Below are positions 19,269 through 28,315 of a stretch of DNA of 64,000 nucleotides, piece after piece. The notes beneath the pieces are model-generated. The model was given only the letters and a program-made list of their open reading frames with translations. It ran no database searches and was not told the DNA's origin. Each line of letters starts with the position of its first letter. The stretch's first letter is position 1. The stretch covers positions 2,280 through 66,279 of the forward strand of contig JACPEW010000018.1 of the NCBI GenBank assembly GCA_016183305.1, given 5' to 3'. This stretch comes from Candidatus Daviesbacteria bacterium. Lineage in GTDB: Bacteria > Patescibacteriota > Microgenomatia > Daviesbacterales > UBA10151. Position numbers and translations under genes: made by a program.

Positions 19269-20177
19269 ATGGATATTTTATCAATAGTTTTAATTGTGGC
19301 AGGTTTGGTTTTATTTGAGACTATCTCTTCAGTTGATAATGCAGTGATTAATGCTGAAGTTTTATCCACCATGAGCAAAAGGGCCAGAAGATGGTTTCTT
19401 TTGTGGGGGCTTTTACTGGCTGTTTTTTTACTCAGAGGTTTATTGCCATGGGGTATTCTTTGGGCTACTAATCCAGGGCTAGGTCCAATTGGAGCATTTG
19501 GAGCAGCTTTAAGTTCAGATCCTAAAGTGGTAGAGGCAATTGAGAAATCCTCCCCTATTTTACTGTCAGGAGGAGGAATATTTTTGATATTTCTTTTTTT
19601 CCACTGGTTATTTTTGGAACCAAAAAACTACGGATTAAAAAGTGAAAGGTTTTTCCATTCCCAAGGGGTGTGGTTTTATGCTGTGGTCTCAATTATTTTA
19701 GCTGTGATAGTCTGGTTTGCCCTGCAGGAAAACCCTTTCATGGCCTTTGGAGCAGTAGTAGGATCAACAGCCTTTTTTATAACTCATGGGTTTAAGGAAA
19801 ATGCGGCAGCAGAGGAAAAGAAACTTCTTTCTACCAGCAGAAGTGATTTTAGTAAGATTCTGTATTTGGAAGTGATAGATGCCACCTTTTCTATAGATGG
19901 AGTGATCGGAGCATTTGCTTTTACCCTCTCTGTACCGCTTATTTTATTAGGTAATGGTATTGGGGCTTTTGTTGTCAGGCAGTTAACTATTGGTAATATT
20001 GACAGGATTAAAAAATATATTTATTTAAAAAACGGGGCAATGTATTCTATCCTTTCCTTGGGAATAATCATGATTTTAGATAGTTTTGGTTTTCATATTC
20101 CATCCTGGTTTACTCCTGTTGTGACAGCAATAATTGTGGGCTATTTCTTACTCAAATCCAGAAAAGCTATTGCTTAG
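19269..20177 (+). CDS. DUF475/TerC-like membrane protein
   Basis: SSVDNAVINA, YLEVIDATFSIDGVIGAFA. Confidence 0.85.
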   Translation: MDILSIVLIVAGLVLFETISSVDNAVINAEVLSTMSKRARRWFLLWGLLLAVFLLRGLLPWGILWATNPGLGPIGAFGAALSSDPKVVEAIEKSSPILLSGGGIFLIFLFFHWLFLEPKNYGLKSERFFHSQGVWFYAVVSIILAVIVWFALQENPFMAFGAVVGSTAFFITHGFKENAAAEEKKLLSTSRSDFSKILYLEVIDATFSIDGVIGAFAFTLSVPLILLGNGIGAFVVRQLTIGNIDRIKKYIYLKNGAMYSILSLGIIMILDSFGFHIPSWFTPVVTAIIVGYFLLKSRKAIA

Positions 20178-21639
20178 TTAGCACCACCATAAAATTATCC
20201 AAATAAACTGCTTTCCAGGTATTATCTTGGGCAACAGAAGCTAAAAAGGACCTGCCCCAAGGGGTTTGGTCTGTAATAGAAAAAATTATAGTTTTAAAAT
20301 TATATTGTTTTTCTAGATTTTTAAATTGGGAATAATCTGCCTGGGTTGGTATATATACTTCAGAAAAGAATTTTGCAGGATAAGCCTCTGGTCTGCCATC
20401 CACAAAAACCTGGTATTTGGGATATCCCCGGTAAATAATATAACTGCCTATATCAAAATTATTATAGATAGGTCCTGGTAAATTATTACTTAAGGTAAAA
20501 TCTAAAGCTTTTTTACCACTTTCCACAAACCTTAAATTGGGAAATTGGTTTGTTTTAAAATTATTAAGAGTAGTTATGATAAGAAGTATAGCTGTGATTA
20601 CTGTGGCAGTTTTGGTTAACCAATTTGATTTTAAAGGACCAAAGTTTTGTAAAACAGCTGGTAAGGACAAAAACACCAGATATGGAAAGCTTCTGACATT
20701 TAATGAAGCTAAAGCAGCACCAAAAGCAGCCAGTAAAATATTCTTAATCAATCCTTTTTTGTCATCCTGGACGATTAGTAAAGGATCCCTAGATTTTTTA
20801 ATCTTGAGATTCCTCACTATATCCGGAATGACGACTAGTATTGATAACAAGATAATTCCTAAGCTTATCTTTACCCAAATAAAATTAGGATTCTGGAAGT
20901 CAATACTTTCTAGTAGAAAGATGGTTTGGTTTTCTACAATGGTATAGCCATAGTTTTTAGTCACATTAAGAGGATAAAGAAATCCAGCTAAGCCATTTGG
21001 GTTAACTAAACTTGTTAATACTGATAGTATAAGAATAATAACTGATATCTTTAGCTTCCCACTTCCGATGTGGGAATGTAGTTTTTGGTAGGTTAAGTCA
21101 ATTAGAAAAATGGCCTGTAAGATTAGACCTACAAAAAAGTATATATGAGTATTAACCCAGATTAATTGGATAAAGGGTAATAAAAACACCAGCTTTGTAG
21201 GCCCTCTTAAATATTTTTCCAAAATATAACAAGTGCTAACAGTAAACAAAAAGCTAAAAAATTCTGGCCTTAGTTCTATTCTTTCCCTTAAAGTATGGAA
21301 AAAAATAAAACCTATAGGTAAAAGCAGAATAGAGTTATTTTTTGGGACCATTTTTAATATTAACCAAACTGAAGTTAGATAAATAACTAACTTGAAGACT
21401 AATAGAAAGTTAAGATTAATCTGGCTTACTAAATAAGTCCAAACTTCAAATAACCAATGGGTATTAATAAAAGGAAAATTAGGGTTAGTATAGGAAAAAA
21501 GGTTGGTTGTAGGAACAGCCTTTGTCTGCCAAATTACCTCCCCAAGTTTTAAATGTCTCCCTAAATCCTGGTCAAAAGAATAATCTGGCTTAAATATAAA
21601 AGAAAAAACAAAGAAAGTTAGGAGAATTTTAACCCGCAT
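20167..21639 (-). CDS. multi-TM protein, GT-C-like glycosyltransferase
   Basis: DQDLGRHLKLGE, HWLFE, RPE, WVNTH, NPNG, VFVDGRPEAY. Confidence 0.6.
   Translation of the reverse strand: MRVKILLTFFVFSFIFKPDYSFDQDLGRHLKLGEVIWQTKAVPTTNLFSYTNPNFPFINTHWLFEVWTYLVSQINLNFLLVFKLVIYLTSVWLILKMVPKNNSILLLPIGFIFFHTLRERIELRPEFFSFLFTVSTCYILEKYLRGPTKLVFLLPFIQLIWVNTHIYFFVGLILQAIFLIDLTYQKLHSHIGSGKLKISVIILILSVLTSLVNPNGLAGFLYPLNVTKNYGYTIVENQTIFLLESIDFQNPNFIWVKISLGIILLSILVVIPDIVRNLKIKKSRDPLLIVQDDKKGLIKNILLAAFGAALASLNVRSFPYLVFLSLPAVLQNFGPLKSNWLTKTATVITAILLIITTLNNFKTNQFPNLRFVESGKKALDFTLSNNLPGPIYNNFDIGSYIIYRGYPKYQVFVDGRPEAYPAKFFSEVYIPTQADYSQFKNLEKQYNFKTIIFSITDQTPWGRSFLASVAQDNTWKAVYLDNFMVVLTKQ
20761..20832. repeat. GTCAT...ATGAC palindromic element, copy 4, in frame (72 bp)
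   Basis: gtcatcctggacg...ggatcc...gagattcctcactatatccggaatgac; read as VIPDIVRNLKIKKSRDPLLIVQDD. Confidence 0.85.
21050..21083 (-). repeat. TTCCCAC-N7-GTGGGAA hairpin repeat in frame in the GT-C-like gene
   Basis: encodes LHSHIGSGKL, versus LRSHLKGGKL in msrB. Confidence 0.75.
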
Positions 21640-21661
21640 TTAAAAATTGTACCATGAAAGC

Positions 21662-21698
21662 CTGCGTGATAGCTTGCGTGATTATTGCGTGATATAAT
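21662..21698 (+). promoter_or_regulatory. three phased TGCGTGAT repeats overlapping the Fic promoter
   Basis: tgcgtgat at 21663, 21675, 21686; TATAAT at 21693-21698. Confidence 0.65.
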
Positions 21699-21706
21699 AT
21701 AGATAT

Positions 21707-22765
21707 ATGTTAGAACCTATCTATAATATTACTTCTACCATACTTTCCCGGATTGCAGAAATTGCTGAAATAAAAGCAGCTGTGGAAAGGTCCAGGGTAC
21801 TACCTTTAAATGAAGCACAGCTCAGAAGGCAGGCAATCCTCAGGATGGCTCATACTTCTACTTCTATTGAAGGCAACAAATTAGCCCAATTTGAAGTAGG
21901 AAAAGTTTTGGAAGGTAAAACAGTCAGGGCTTCCCAAAAAGATATTTTGGAGGTAGAAAACTATTATAGTGCTTTAAAACTGTTGGATGAGCTGTCTAAG
22001 AAAAAAGGTGATATTGCTGAGCAGGAAGTTTTAAGCTTGCATAAAGCAGTAGTCAGTGGTTTAGCGGACAAGGAAAAGGTTGGTAATTTTAGACCTGCAG
22101 ATGTGTATGTGCTTGATGATCTAGGTGATGGCAGAGAGATGCTAAGATTTAAGGCCCCCCCAGCCCCGGAGGTAAAGAAATTAATAGCAGACTTATTAGA
22201 GTGGTTAAAGGAATCAAAAAAGCAAGATTTACATCCTGTGATTAGGGCAGGCATCCTACATTTACAATTTGTGACTATCCACCCTTTTACTGATGGCAAT
22301 GGCAGGGTGGCCAGATTACTCACTCAGCTCCAGTTATACAGGGATAATTGGGATTTTAGAAAGATTTTAGTTTTAGAAGATTATTATAACCGGAACAGGA
22401 TGTCTTACTATAATGCTGAAAATAAATCTCAGGGTAGAAACTATCAGAAAGATATGGATTTTACCCCGTGGTTAGAATACTTTACCACTGGGTTTTTAGT
22501 AGAAGCTAGAAAAGCTTTGGAACAAATTCAATCAATTGGTTATGGAAAAGTCAGTAAAAAGAGTGAGCAAATATTTTTGGATAGGGATGAGATTCAGATT
22601 ATGGATTTTTTAACTACCACAGGCAGAATTACTTCTGAGGATGTGGTGGATATTTTAAAGCTAGCCAAAAGAAGTGCTCAGCTTAAGCTAAAAGGATTAT
22701 TGGATAAGAAATTAATTGAATCCCAAGGTAAAGGTCCCAGTACCTATTATATTATTGCACGATAA
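21707..22765 (+). CDS. Fic family protein with C-terminal winged HTH
   Basis: STSIEGN inhibitory helix, HPFTDGNGRVAR, C-terminal G..TYY wing. Confidence 0.93.
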   Translation: MLEPIYNITSTILSRIAEIAEIKAAVERSRVLPLNEAQLRRQAILRMAHTSTSIEGNKLAQFEVGKVLEGKTVRASQKDILEVENYYSALKLLDELSKKKGDIAEQEVLSLHKAVVSGLADKEKVGNFRPADVYVLDDLGDGREMLRFKAPPAPEVKKLIADLLEWLKESKKQDLHPVIRAGILHLQFVTIHPFTDGNGRVARLLTQLQLYRDNWDFRKILVLEDYYNRNRMSYYNAENKSQGRNYQKDMDFTPWLEYFTTGFLVEARKALEQIQSIGYGKVSKKSEQIFLDRDEIQIMDFLTTTGRITSEDVVDILKLAKRSAQLKLKGLLDKKLIESQGKGPSTYYIIAR

Positions 22766-22787
22766 ATTGCGGGATTATTGCGCGATT
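22755..22787 (+). repeat. three phased TTGCRNGAT repeats at the Fic 3' end
   Basis: ttgcacgat 22755, ttgcgggat 22767, ttgcgcgat 22778; same 12/11 spacing as the upstream set. Confidence 0.65.
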
Positions 22788-22906
22788 ATTTAAACACACT
22801 TGCTTTTTACTAATCCGTATGGGACAATTTAGGGGTGAGTAGAGTGCATTTAGTGTTTTTACAGTAATTCACCTCCACAGAAAAAAAGAAAGAGAGGTGA
22901 ATTTTT

Positions 22907-23167
22907 TTGAATAACAAGAAATTATTTGTTGGTTCTTTACCGTGGGCTGTTGATGATGCCAGACTTGCTGAGATTTTTGCTCAGGCTGGTAATGTTGTTT
23001 CAGCACAGGTTGTTAAAGACCGTGAAACAGGCAGATCCAGAGGATTTGGTTTCGTTGAGATGTCTACTGATGAAGAAGCTCAAAACGCAGTCAAGAACTT
23101 AAATGGCAGTGATATTGAAGGTCGCAAGATCGTTGTTAATATCGCTCGTCCAAGAGAGGACCGGTAA
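22907..23167 (+). CDS. RRM RNA-binding protein
   Basis: KLFVGSL (RNP2), RGFGFVEM (RNP1). Confidence 0.95.
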   Translation: MNNKKLFVGSLPWAVDDARLAEIFAQAGNVVSAQVVKDRETGRSRGFGFVEMSTDEEAQNAVKNLNGSDIEGRKIVVNIARPREDR

Positions 23168-23192
23168 TTGTTTCATTAAATTTGAAACAAGG

Positions 23193-23224
23193 AAAAGAGG
23201 CTGGAGAAATCTGGCCTCTTTTTT
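23193..23224. terminator. bidirectional intrinsic terminator
   Basis: aaaagaggctgga-gaaa-tctggcctctttttt between convergent genes. Confidence 0.75.
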
Positions 23225-23891
23225 AATGGGTAGCTAGATCCAGTTTAGGAAGAAGTTTTTTGGCAGCCAGGTAATTTAAAGTAAATTTAACCAGTAAATA
23301 AGAGGCAGCTATACCTGAGGCAAATAACAACCTTTCCGCAATTACAACTGGGATTAATCCCTTCCAGACTGCAGCTGGAAGATTAAAAGCCCAGATCCAG
23401 ACTGCTCCACCTACTGCATGAGCTGTAAAGGTTGAGCCTAAGCTTTTGATAAATAAGTTATCTCTTTTAAAGTAAGCAAGGATAGGGATTATCCAAAACA
23501 TTAAGGCATAATAAGGAACCTGTCTGCCTATTGGGTGTGCTATAAAAGCTAAGATGCAAAGGAGAGGAACTGTCAGGAGCCATTTGCCTTGGTATTTTTT
23601 GTTAGTGATGATGGCAAAATAGGCTACAGCAAATAGAGTTGGAAATAACCTTATAACAGCTCCTGTGGTAAGCGGTGTTTGTTTTATGAACAAATTAATC
23701 ACTTCTACTGCAAAGACTGAAGCTATACCCAAGACCGGTCCCAAAAAGCCTCCTGCCATTGGACCAAAGAAATCAAAAAGAGTAAAGGAAACATTTGAAC
23801 CCATGATCTTATTAAAAGGAATTTGTAAGCTGATAAAGCCTACTATAGAAAAAAGCGCTAAAAAGAATAGTTTTTTCCTGGTGTTTAACAT
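23223..23891 (-). CDS. membrane protein, ECF S-component-like
   Basis: about 6 TM; FTLFDFFGP, GSTFTAHAVGG; start MLNTRKK at 23891 avoids overlap with tRNA-Leu. Confidence 0.55.
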   Translation of the reverse strand: MLNTRKKLFFLALFSIVGFISLQIPFNKIMGSNVSFTLFDFFGPMAGGFLGPVLGIASVFAVEVINLFIKQTPLTTGAVIRLFPTLFAVAYFAIITNKKYQGKWLLTVPLLCILAFIAHPIGRQVPYYALMFWIIPILAYFKRDNLFIKSLGSTFTAHAVGGAVWIWAFNLPAAVWKGLIPVVIAERLLFASGIAASYLLVKFTLNYLAAKKLLPKLDLATH

Positions 23892-23956
23892 TGGAGACCT
23901 TAAGATAATAGAACTGCTTCCAATTGTCAATAGTTTTTTGGTACAATACCTTGCAT

Positions 23957-24038
23957 GCTGGTGTGGTGGAATGGCATACACGCTCGCCTTAAGAGCGAGT
24001 GCCCAAAAGGCATAAGGGTTCGACTCCCTTCACCAGCA
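23957..24038 (+). tRNA. tRNA-Leu(TAA)
   Basis: GCTGGTG/CACCAGC acceptor, ctcgc-cttaaga-gcgag anticodon arm, long variable arm, GTTCGACTC. Confidence 0.95.
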
Positions 24039-24048
24039 CTTTATATTA

Positions 24049-24120
24049 CGGGGTGTAGGTCACCGGTAGACCGCCGCGTTTGGGACGCGGATGTAGTGAG
24101 TTCAATTCTCGCCACCCCGA
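24049..24120 (+). tRNA. tRNA-Pro(TGG)
   Basis: CGGGGTG/CACCCCG acceptor, ccgcg-tttggga-cgcgg, GTTCAATTC. Confidence 0.95.
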
Positions 24121-24213
24121 CAGTAGAGTAATTCAGGTTCTTCCAATTCATTGGAAGGTTCTAAATTATTTGGTGATAGGAGAATTCTGAGATTTTGAGC
24201 CTAAACTGCTATT

Positions 24214-24486
24214 TTATTCCTTACTGGGGGAGTATTTTATCCAGGTTTTTTTGATAAAGGGTAAAGTTAGGGTAGATAATAAAAAAGCTATACTGGGTAT
24301 AATAGCATTTAGCCAAGGCCTATCAATATTTATTGAATTCATATAAAAACCAACTGCCAAATAAGTAAAGAGGGCAATTACAAATTTTCTAGTCCAGCTT
24401 GTTTCCCAGGCTTTATCTTTTTCTACTTTTTTGTTTCTTCCCTCAATTGTAGATATTCTTTGTCCTAACTCTTCTAAGCTACTCAT
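24214..24486 (-). CDS. small membrane protein, hypothetical
   Basis: IEGRNKKVEKDKAWETSWTRK then two TM; 4-bp overlap with pyrD. Confidence 0.7.
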   Translation of the reverse strand: MSSLEELGQRISTIEGRNKKVEKDKAWETSWTRKFVIALFTYLAVGFYMNSINIDRPWLNAIIPSIAFLLSTLTLPFIKKTWIKYSPSKE

Positions 24487-25607
24487 ACTTCATATCTTAG
24501 CATACCTACTGCCTGGGAGATATTGGTATAACCATCTTTTTTAAGGAGCTTAACTAAGCCTTGGTTGATTTCAGAAATTAGTTGTGGGCCCTGGAAGATC
24601 ATGCCTGTAATTAGTTCTACTAAAGAAGCCCCTAATTTAATCTTTCTATAAGCATCTTCTGCTGAAAATATCCCCCCCACTCCAATAATAATATATTTAC
24701 CCTTGGTTTTTTGGTAGATCCTTTGGATTTGATGGTTAGATAATTGCTCAACCAGCTTACCGCTCAGTCCCCCATCTTTTGGCACTACCCTATCAGAAAT
24801 TTTGTTTGTCCTGGGTTTAGTTAGATTTGAGCAGGTAAAACCATCTATCTTGTGTTTTTTAACAACTTCTAAAATTTTATCAAGCTGGTTATCAGTTAAA
24901 TCAGGAGGCATTTTAATAAAAATAGGTTTTTTAGTAGGAATTTTAGTAATTTGTTTTAATAGTACATCTAGTTTTTGTGGATCAGAAAAAGGCAAGCCTC
25001 CATAAGCATTTGGGCAGCTGATATTTATCTCAAAAATATCCCCAATACCAGTAAAATATTGATAGGCTTTAACATAATCTTTTATACCAGCATCTATCTC
25101 AACAGTACCAAGGCTATTGGTTTTACCAATGCTGGTAATAACAGGAAAAGCAAAATCTTTTCCTTGTAGCCTTTTAGAAATTCTTTCAGCTCCATCATTT
25201 TTTAAGCCATAATTTACTATCAAACTTCTAGAGTTTTTTAATCTCCAGAGCCTGGGCCTGAGATTACCCTTACAAGCCTCACCAGTTATAGTCCCTATTT
25301 CAGCAAAGCCAAAACCAACTGAAGGTAAAATATTAGTCAGTCTGGCATCTTTATCAAATCCAGCAGATAAACCAACAGGATTTTTAAATTTTATCCCTAA
25401 GATTTTCTGTTCCAAAGCAGGATGGGAATAAGAAAATAATAAGCTGGTTAGCTTTCTGGTTAAGCTATTACCCCCCAAAAACCTACCTGCCAAAGTCATA
25501 CCACCATGAATATTCTCAGGTTCAACTAAAAAGAATAAAGGCTTTAATAGGTTTTTATAACAAAAGCTTAATATTCTATTCCTTAGAAAAACAATAACTT
25601 CAATCAT
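24483..25607 (-). CDS. pyrD: quinone-dependent dihydroorotate dehydrogenase
   Basis: NPVGLSAGFDK, GNLRPRLWRL, INISCPN, GGLSG, IIGVGGI. Confidence 0.93.
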   Translation of the reverse strand: MIEVIVFLRNRILSFCYKNLLKPLFFLVEPENIHGGMTLAGRFLGGNSLTRKLTSLLFSYSHPALEQKILGIKFKNPVGLSAGFDKDARLTNILPSVGFGFAEIGTITGEACKGNLRPRLWRLKNSRSLIVNYGLKNDGAERISKRLQGKDFAFPVITSIGKTNSLGTVEIDAGIKDYVKAYQYFTGIGDIFEINISCPNAYGGLPFSDPQKLDVLLKQITKIPTKKPIFIKMPPDLTDNQLDKILEVVKKHKIDGFTCSNLTKPRTNKISDRVVPKDGGLSGKLVEQLSNHQIQRIYQKTKGKYIIIGVGGIFSAEDAYRKIKLGASLVELITGMIFQGPQLISEINQGLVKLLKKDGYTNISQAVGMLRYEV

Positions 25608-25665
25608 AGGTATATTTTAGAACATCTTGTGAACTTTTGATACTTTAGTTAGAATATACAGGAAT

Positions 25666-25740
25666 GCGGGATTAGTTCACCGGTAGAACGACTGCTTTCC
25701 AAGCAGTATGTAAGGGGTTCAATTCCCCTATCCCGCTCCA
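25666..25740 (+). tRNA. tRNA-Gly(TCC)
   Basis: GCGGGAT/ATCCCGC acceptor, actgc-tttccaa-gcagt, GTTCAATTC, CCA encoded. Confidence 0.95.
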
Positions 25741-25818
25741 GACGAATTTTATCGAACTGACAACTTTTAACTTCGAAAAGTTGATAAAATTAGTCAAAAT
25801 TCGATCCTATAACCTTAT

Positions 25819-25842
25819 ACCCTAACGGGAATCGAACTAGCC
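25819..25842 (-). repeat. 24-bp exact repeat containing a tRNA T-arm-like fragment (second copy 28118-28141)
   Basis: accctaacgggaatcgaactagcc; the reverse complement contains GTTCGATTCCCGTTAGGGT. Confidence 0.85.
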
Positions 25843-25851
25843 ACAAATTCG

Positions 25852-26016
25852 CTATCTCTTATCTTGCTTAGACTCTTCAAAACCACCCATCCATTCTGAC
25901 CCATAAAAATGCGTCATAACTGCGCATGCCAGCAAATATACCACTTCCTGTATTTCCCTTAGTTCATCTTCTGATGAATTAGGATAATATTTTCTAATCA
26001 CATCAAGTGGTAGCAT
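25852..26016 (-). CDS. 54-aa protein, copy 1 (not in the ORF track)
   Basis: MLPLDVIRKYYPNSSEDELREIQEVVYLLACAVMTHFYGSEWMGGFEESKQDKR; GGAGGTG RBS; paralog at 28151-28315. Confidence 0.8.
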   Translation of the reverse strand: MLPLDVIRKYYPNSSEDELREIQEVVYLLACAVMTHFYGSEWMGGFEESKQDKR

Positions 26017-26067
26017 AGTAAACACTCACCTCCTCATCTACTGCAAGAAGTAAATTTTACTCAACAA

Positions 26068-26409
26068 ATGTATGCACTGGTTTTTAGAACCTGCGGAAAA
26101 TGCAAAAAAGAGAAAATTATGATATTATACAGTTCTATGGATCGTAGAAGAATTGAGCATATAACTGCTGCTTTAGCCGTATCACTCCTGTTTATTATGA
26201 CAATCGGTGCTATATTGGCGATTGCCAACACAATGTTTAATTGGGATATTTTCCCTCCTAATGTTGAGAAAGTGCTTTGGTTTCTCTTAGCCTCACTTTT
26301 GGCAATTATTGTTTCATCTGTTTTGGTTAACGTAATGATAAATTTAAGTATTATCGCCCTAAACTCTGAACGCCTTTTGAATCACAAAAAAGATTCCTAT
26401 GAGGAATGA
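26068..26409 (+). CDS. hypothetical two-TM protein (true start probably near 26137)
   Basis: ORF track; two hydrophobic helices; overlaps the next ORF. Confidence 0.6.
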   Translation: MYALVFRTCGKCKKEKIMILYSSMDRRRIEHITAALAVSLLFIMTIGAILAIANTMFNWDIFPPNVEKVLWFLLASLLAIIVSSVLVNVMINLSIIALNSERLLNHKKDSYEE

Positions 26410-26962
26410 AAACCACGACTTGAAATTTTCTCAACCCCTAATTGTTTTAGCAATATTTGTACTTATAATAGCAGTGCTGATTATGATATTTTCCTCAATA
26501 AGCCAGGCAAGGAAAGATTCTATATACCAAACCTATGCTGTAGAAACCGCACAATACATCAACCAAAACCAACCCCAGCTAGCTACCCTTTTTAATGATA
26601 TGTTTCCTAAAACTGAATGTATTATTAATAGGCAACAGAATATTCCGTGTGCCTTCCCAAATCAGGAGGCAATTGCTCGTCTCCTTCCTTCTAGTCTGAA
26701 AGATTGGAGTTCAACTGCTTTTATCAAAGAAGGCGGCGAAAGAATTTTGATGATGCGTTTATCTGGTGATACTAAAGAACTTTATGTTTATCCAGAGCAA
26801 AAACGCCTACAGTTGCAAAAACTACTCAGAGGAGAAACTACAAAAATCGGATGGGATGATTATACTTACGAATTGATGGGGAAAGAAGTTGTTATTGCTG
26901 TCAAAGATAGCAACGGAAAGGTCATTGGTGCAATTATGCGATCGGTTATCGAAGTACAGTAA
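26399..26962 (+). CDS. membrane-anchored hypothetical protein, possibly Cache-like extracellular domain
   Basis: one N-terminal TM; C-terminal IAVKDSNGKVIGAI hairpin. Confidence 0.55.
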   Translation: MRNENHDLKFSQPLIVLAIFVLIIAVLIMIFSSISQARKDSIYQTYAVETAQYINQNQPQLATLFNDMFPKTECIINRQQNIPCAFPNQEAIARLLPSSLKDWSSTAFIKEGGERILMMRLSGDTKELYVYPEQKRLQLQKLLRGETTKIGWDDYTYELMGKEVVIAVKDSNGKVIGAIMRSVIEVQ

Positions 26963-26990
26963 CTATTATTGCTTTCTGTAAAAGATCACT

Positions 26991-27827
26991 TTATTTTAAA
27001 GGTTTCTTACCTTTCTTTTTGGGCAAATAATTTTGTGAGGTTATCACCTTCTTCCTGGTTTCCTTTTCAAGGTTAGACCTGGCATCTCCTGCAATTTTAC
27101 CACCACGCTTTGATACTCGTTTATTTCTCTCAAACCCTTTGGGGTGTTCTGTTTTGGTAATCTCTGTGGTTGCAGCTTCACCAAGCTGGGAAAATAAAAG
27201 CTCCAAATCACTCATATGATCACGGAGGTTTTCTCTCTTTAGGTTTTTAATTTTTTTATGTTCTGATGGAGTAACACCAAACGTGGCTCTGGATATTTCA
27301 GCTGTTAATATCTCATACTCTTTTGCTAGCTCTACTCCATGTTTTTGCCACTGGTCAGTCAATTCCTCGCTTATCGCAATAGAGCGCATGCGTCTTTCAA
27401 TCCAATCTTCTGGATATCCTTTGGCTTTATAAAGTGCCCTGGCTCGCTTTTGGGCTAACTCTGGGTCTTCTATCTCCTGTACCCTTTCATATCCGACTTT
27501 AGCTAACCATCTTTTAAAAGGCTCTGCTTTTGGTGAAGGTATAGATTGGATAATTCTAAAAATGCCTTCAGTATTTGCGCAATTTACTTTTTGTGCTCCA
27601 CCTGTAGTTTCAATTGAAAGGGGGGTGGCAATTTGCCCCCACCCTTTGAAAAGTTCCGGATCACGCCTACGCATATCCTTAATATACCCATCTGGCTGAA
27701 CTGAATCTGTTAAAGCAACCACAACATCAACGATTACAAACCACCACTCATTTTTATGAATAGTTTTTCTTATTTTCCTATTCCGGAAAATCGCTATTTT
27801 AGTTATTTGGGTTACTTCTTGATTCAT
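26991..27827 (-). CDS. Bro-N domain protein (antirepressor-like), copy 1
   Basis: IRKTIHKNEWWFVIVDVV, IFRIIQSIPSPKAEPFKRWLA, NLRDHM. Confidence 0.9.
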   Translation of the reverse strand: MNQEVTQITKIAIFRNRKIRKTIHKNEWWFVIVDVVVALTDSVQPDGYIKDMRRRDPELFKGWGQIATPLSIETTGGAQKVNCANTEGIFRIIQSIPSPKAEPFKRWLAKVGYERVQEIEDPELAQKRARALYKAKGYPEDWIERRMRSIAISEELTDQWQKHGVELAKEYEILTAEISRATFGVTPSEHKKIKNLKRENLRDHMSDLELLFSQLGEAATTEITKTEHPKGFERNKRVSKRGGKIAGDARSNLEKETRKKVITSQNYLPKKKGKKPLK

Positions 27828-28005
27828 ATTAATTAAAAATTGTTATTGCACTTTATTGTACATAAAAACCCCATAATTACCAAGAGTTAAGGAAGGAAAA
27901 ATTTGTTCATGTCTGAATCAGAGAATTTTTTATAACTAAATTAGGCTCCAATTCGTATAAAAAATCTGGTAAAATAGGATTTGAGTTAAATTCTTGGATG
28001 AATCC

Positions 28006-28041
28006 TGGCAGTCTGGCTAAGATCACGTCAGGAGCTCCAGA
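28006..28041. repeat. cassette junction type C (identical copy 30082-30117, diverged copy 32702-32736)
   Basis: tggcagtctggctaagatcacgtcaggagctccaga; minus strand reads GAPDVILARLP. Confidence 0.85.
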
Positions 28042-28117
28042 AAAAAAGATCGAACTTTACAAGTTTTAGCTTCAGAAACACATAAAAATCTATCAAAATT
28101 TAGACTTATAACTTTGA

Positions 28118-28141
28118 ACCCTAACGGGAATCGAACTAGCC
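28118..28141 (-). repeat. 24-bp tRNA-fragment repeat, copy 2
   Basis: identical to 25819-25842 and again just downstream of the 54-aa ORF. Confidence 0.85.
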
Positions 28142-28150
28142 TTGGTGGAG

Positions 28151-28315
28151 TTACTTTTTCTCTTGTTCAACCTCTTCAGAATCTCCCGTCCATTCTAACC
28201 CATAAAACTCTTGCATAACTGCGCATGCCAGCAAATATACCACTTCTTGTATCTCTTTTAGTTCTTCTTCTGAAGCATTAGGATAATACTTTTTGATAGT
28301 CTTTAATGGCAACAT
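28151..28315 (-). CDS. 54-aa protein, copy 2 (not in the ORF track)
   Basis: MLPLKTIKKYYPNASEEELKEIQEVVYLLACAVMQEFYGLEWTGDSEEVEQEKK; TAATG overlap with the aminotransferase stop. Confidence 0.8.
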   Translation of the reverse strand: MLPLKTIKKYYPNASEEELKEIQEVVYLLACAVMQEFYGLEWTGDSEEVEQEKK

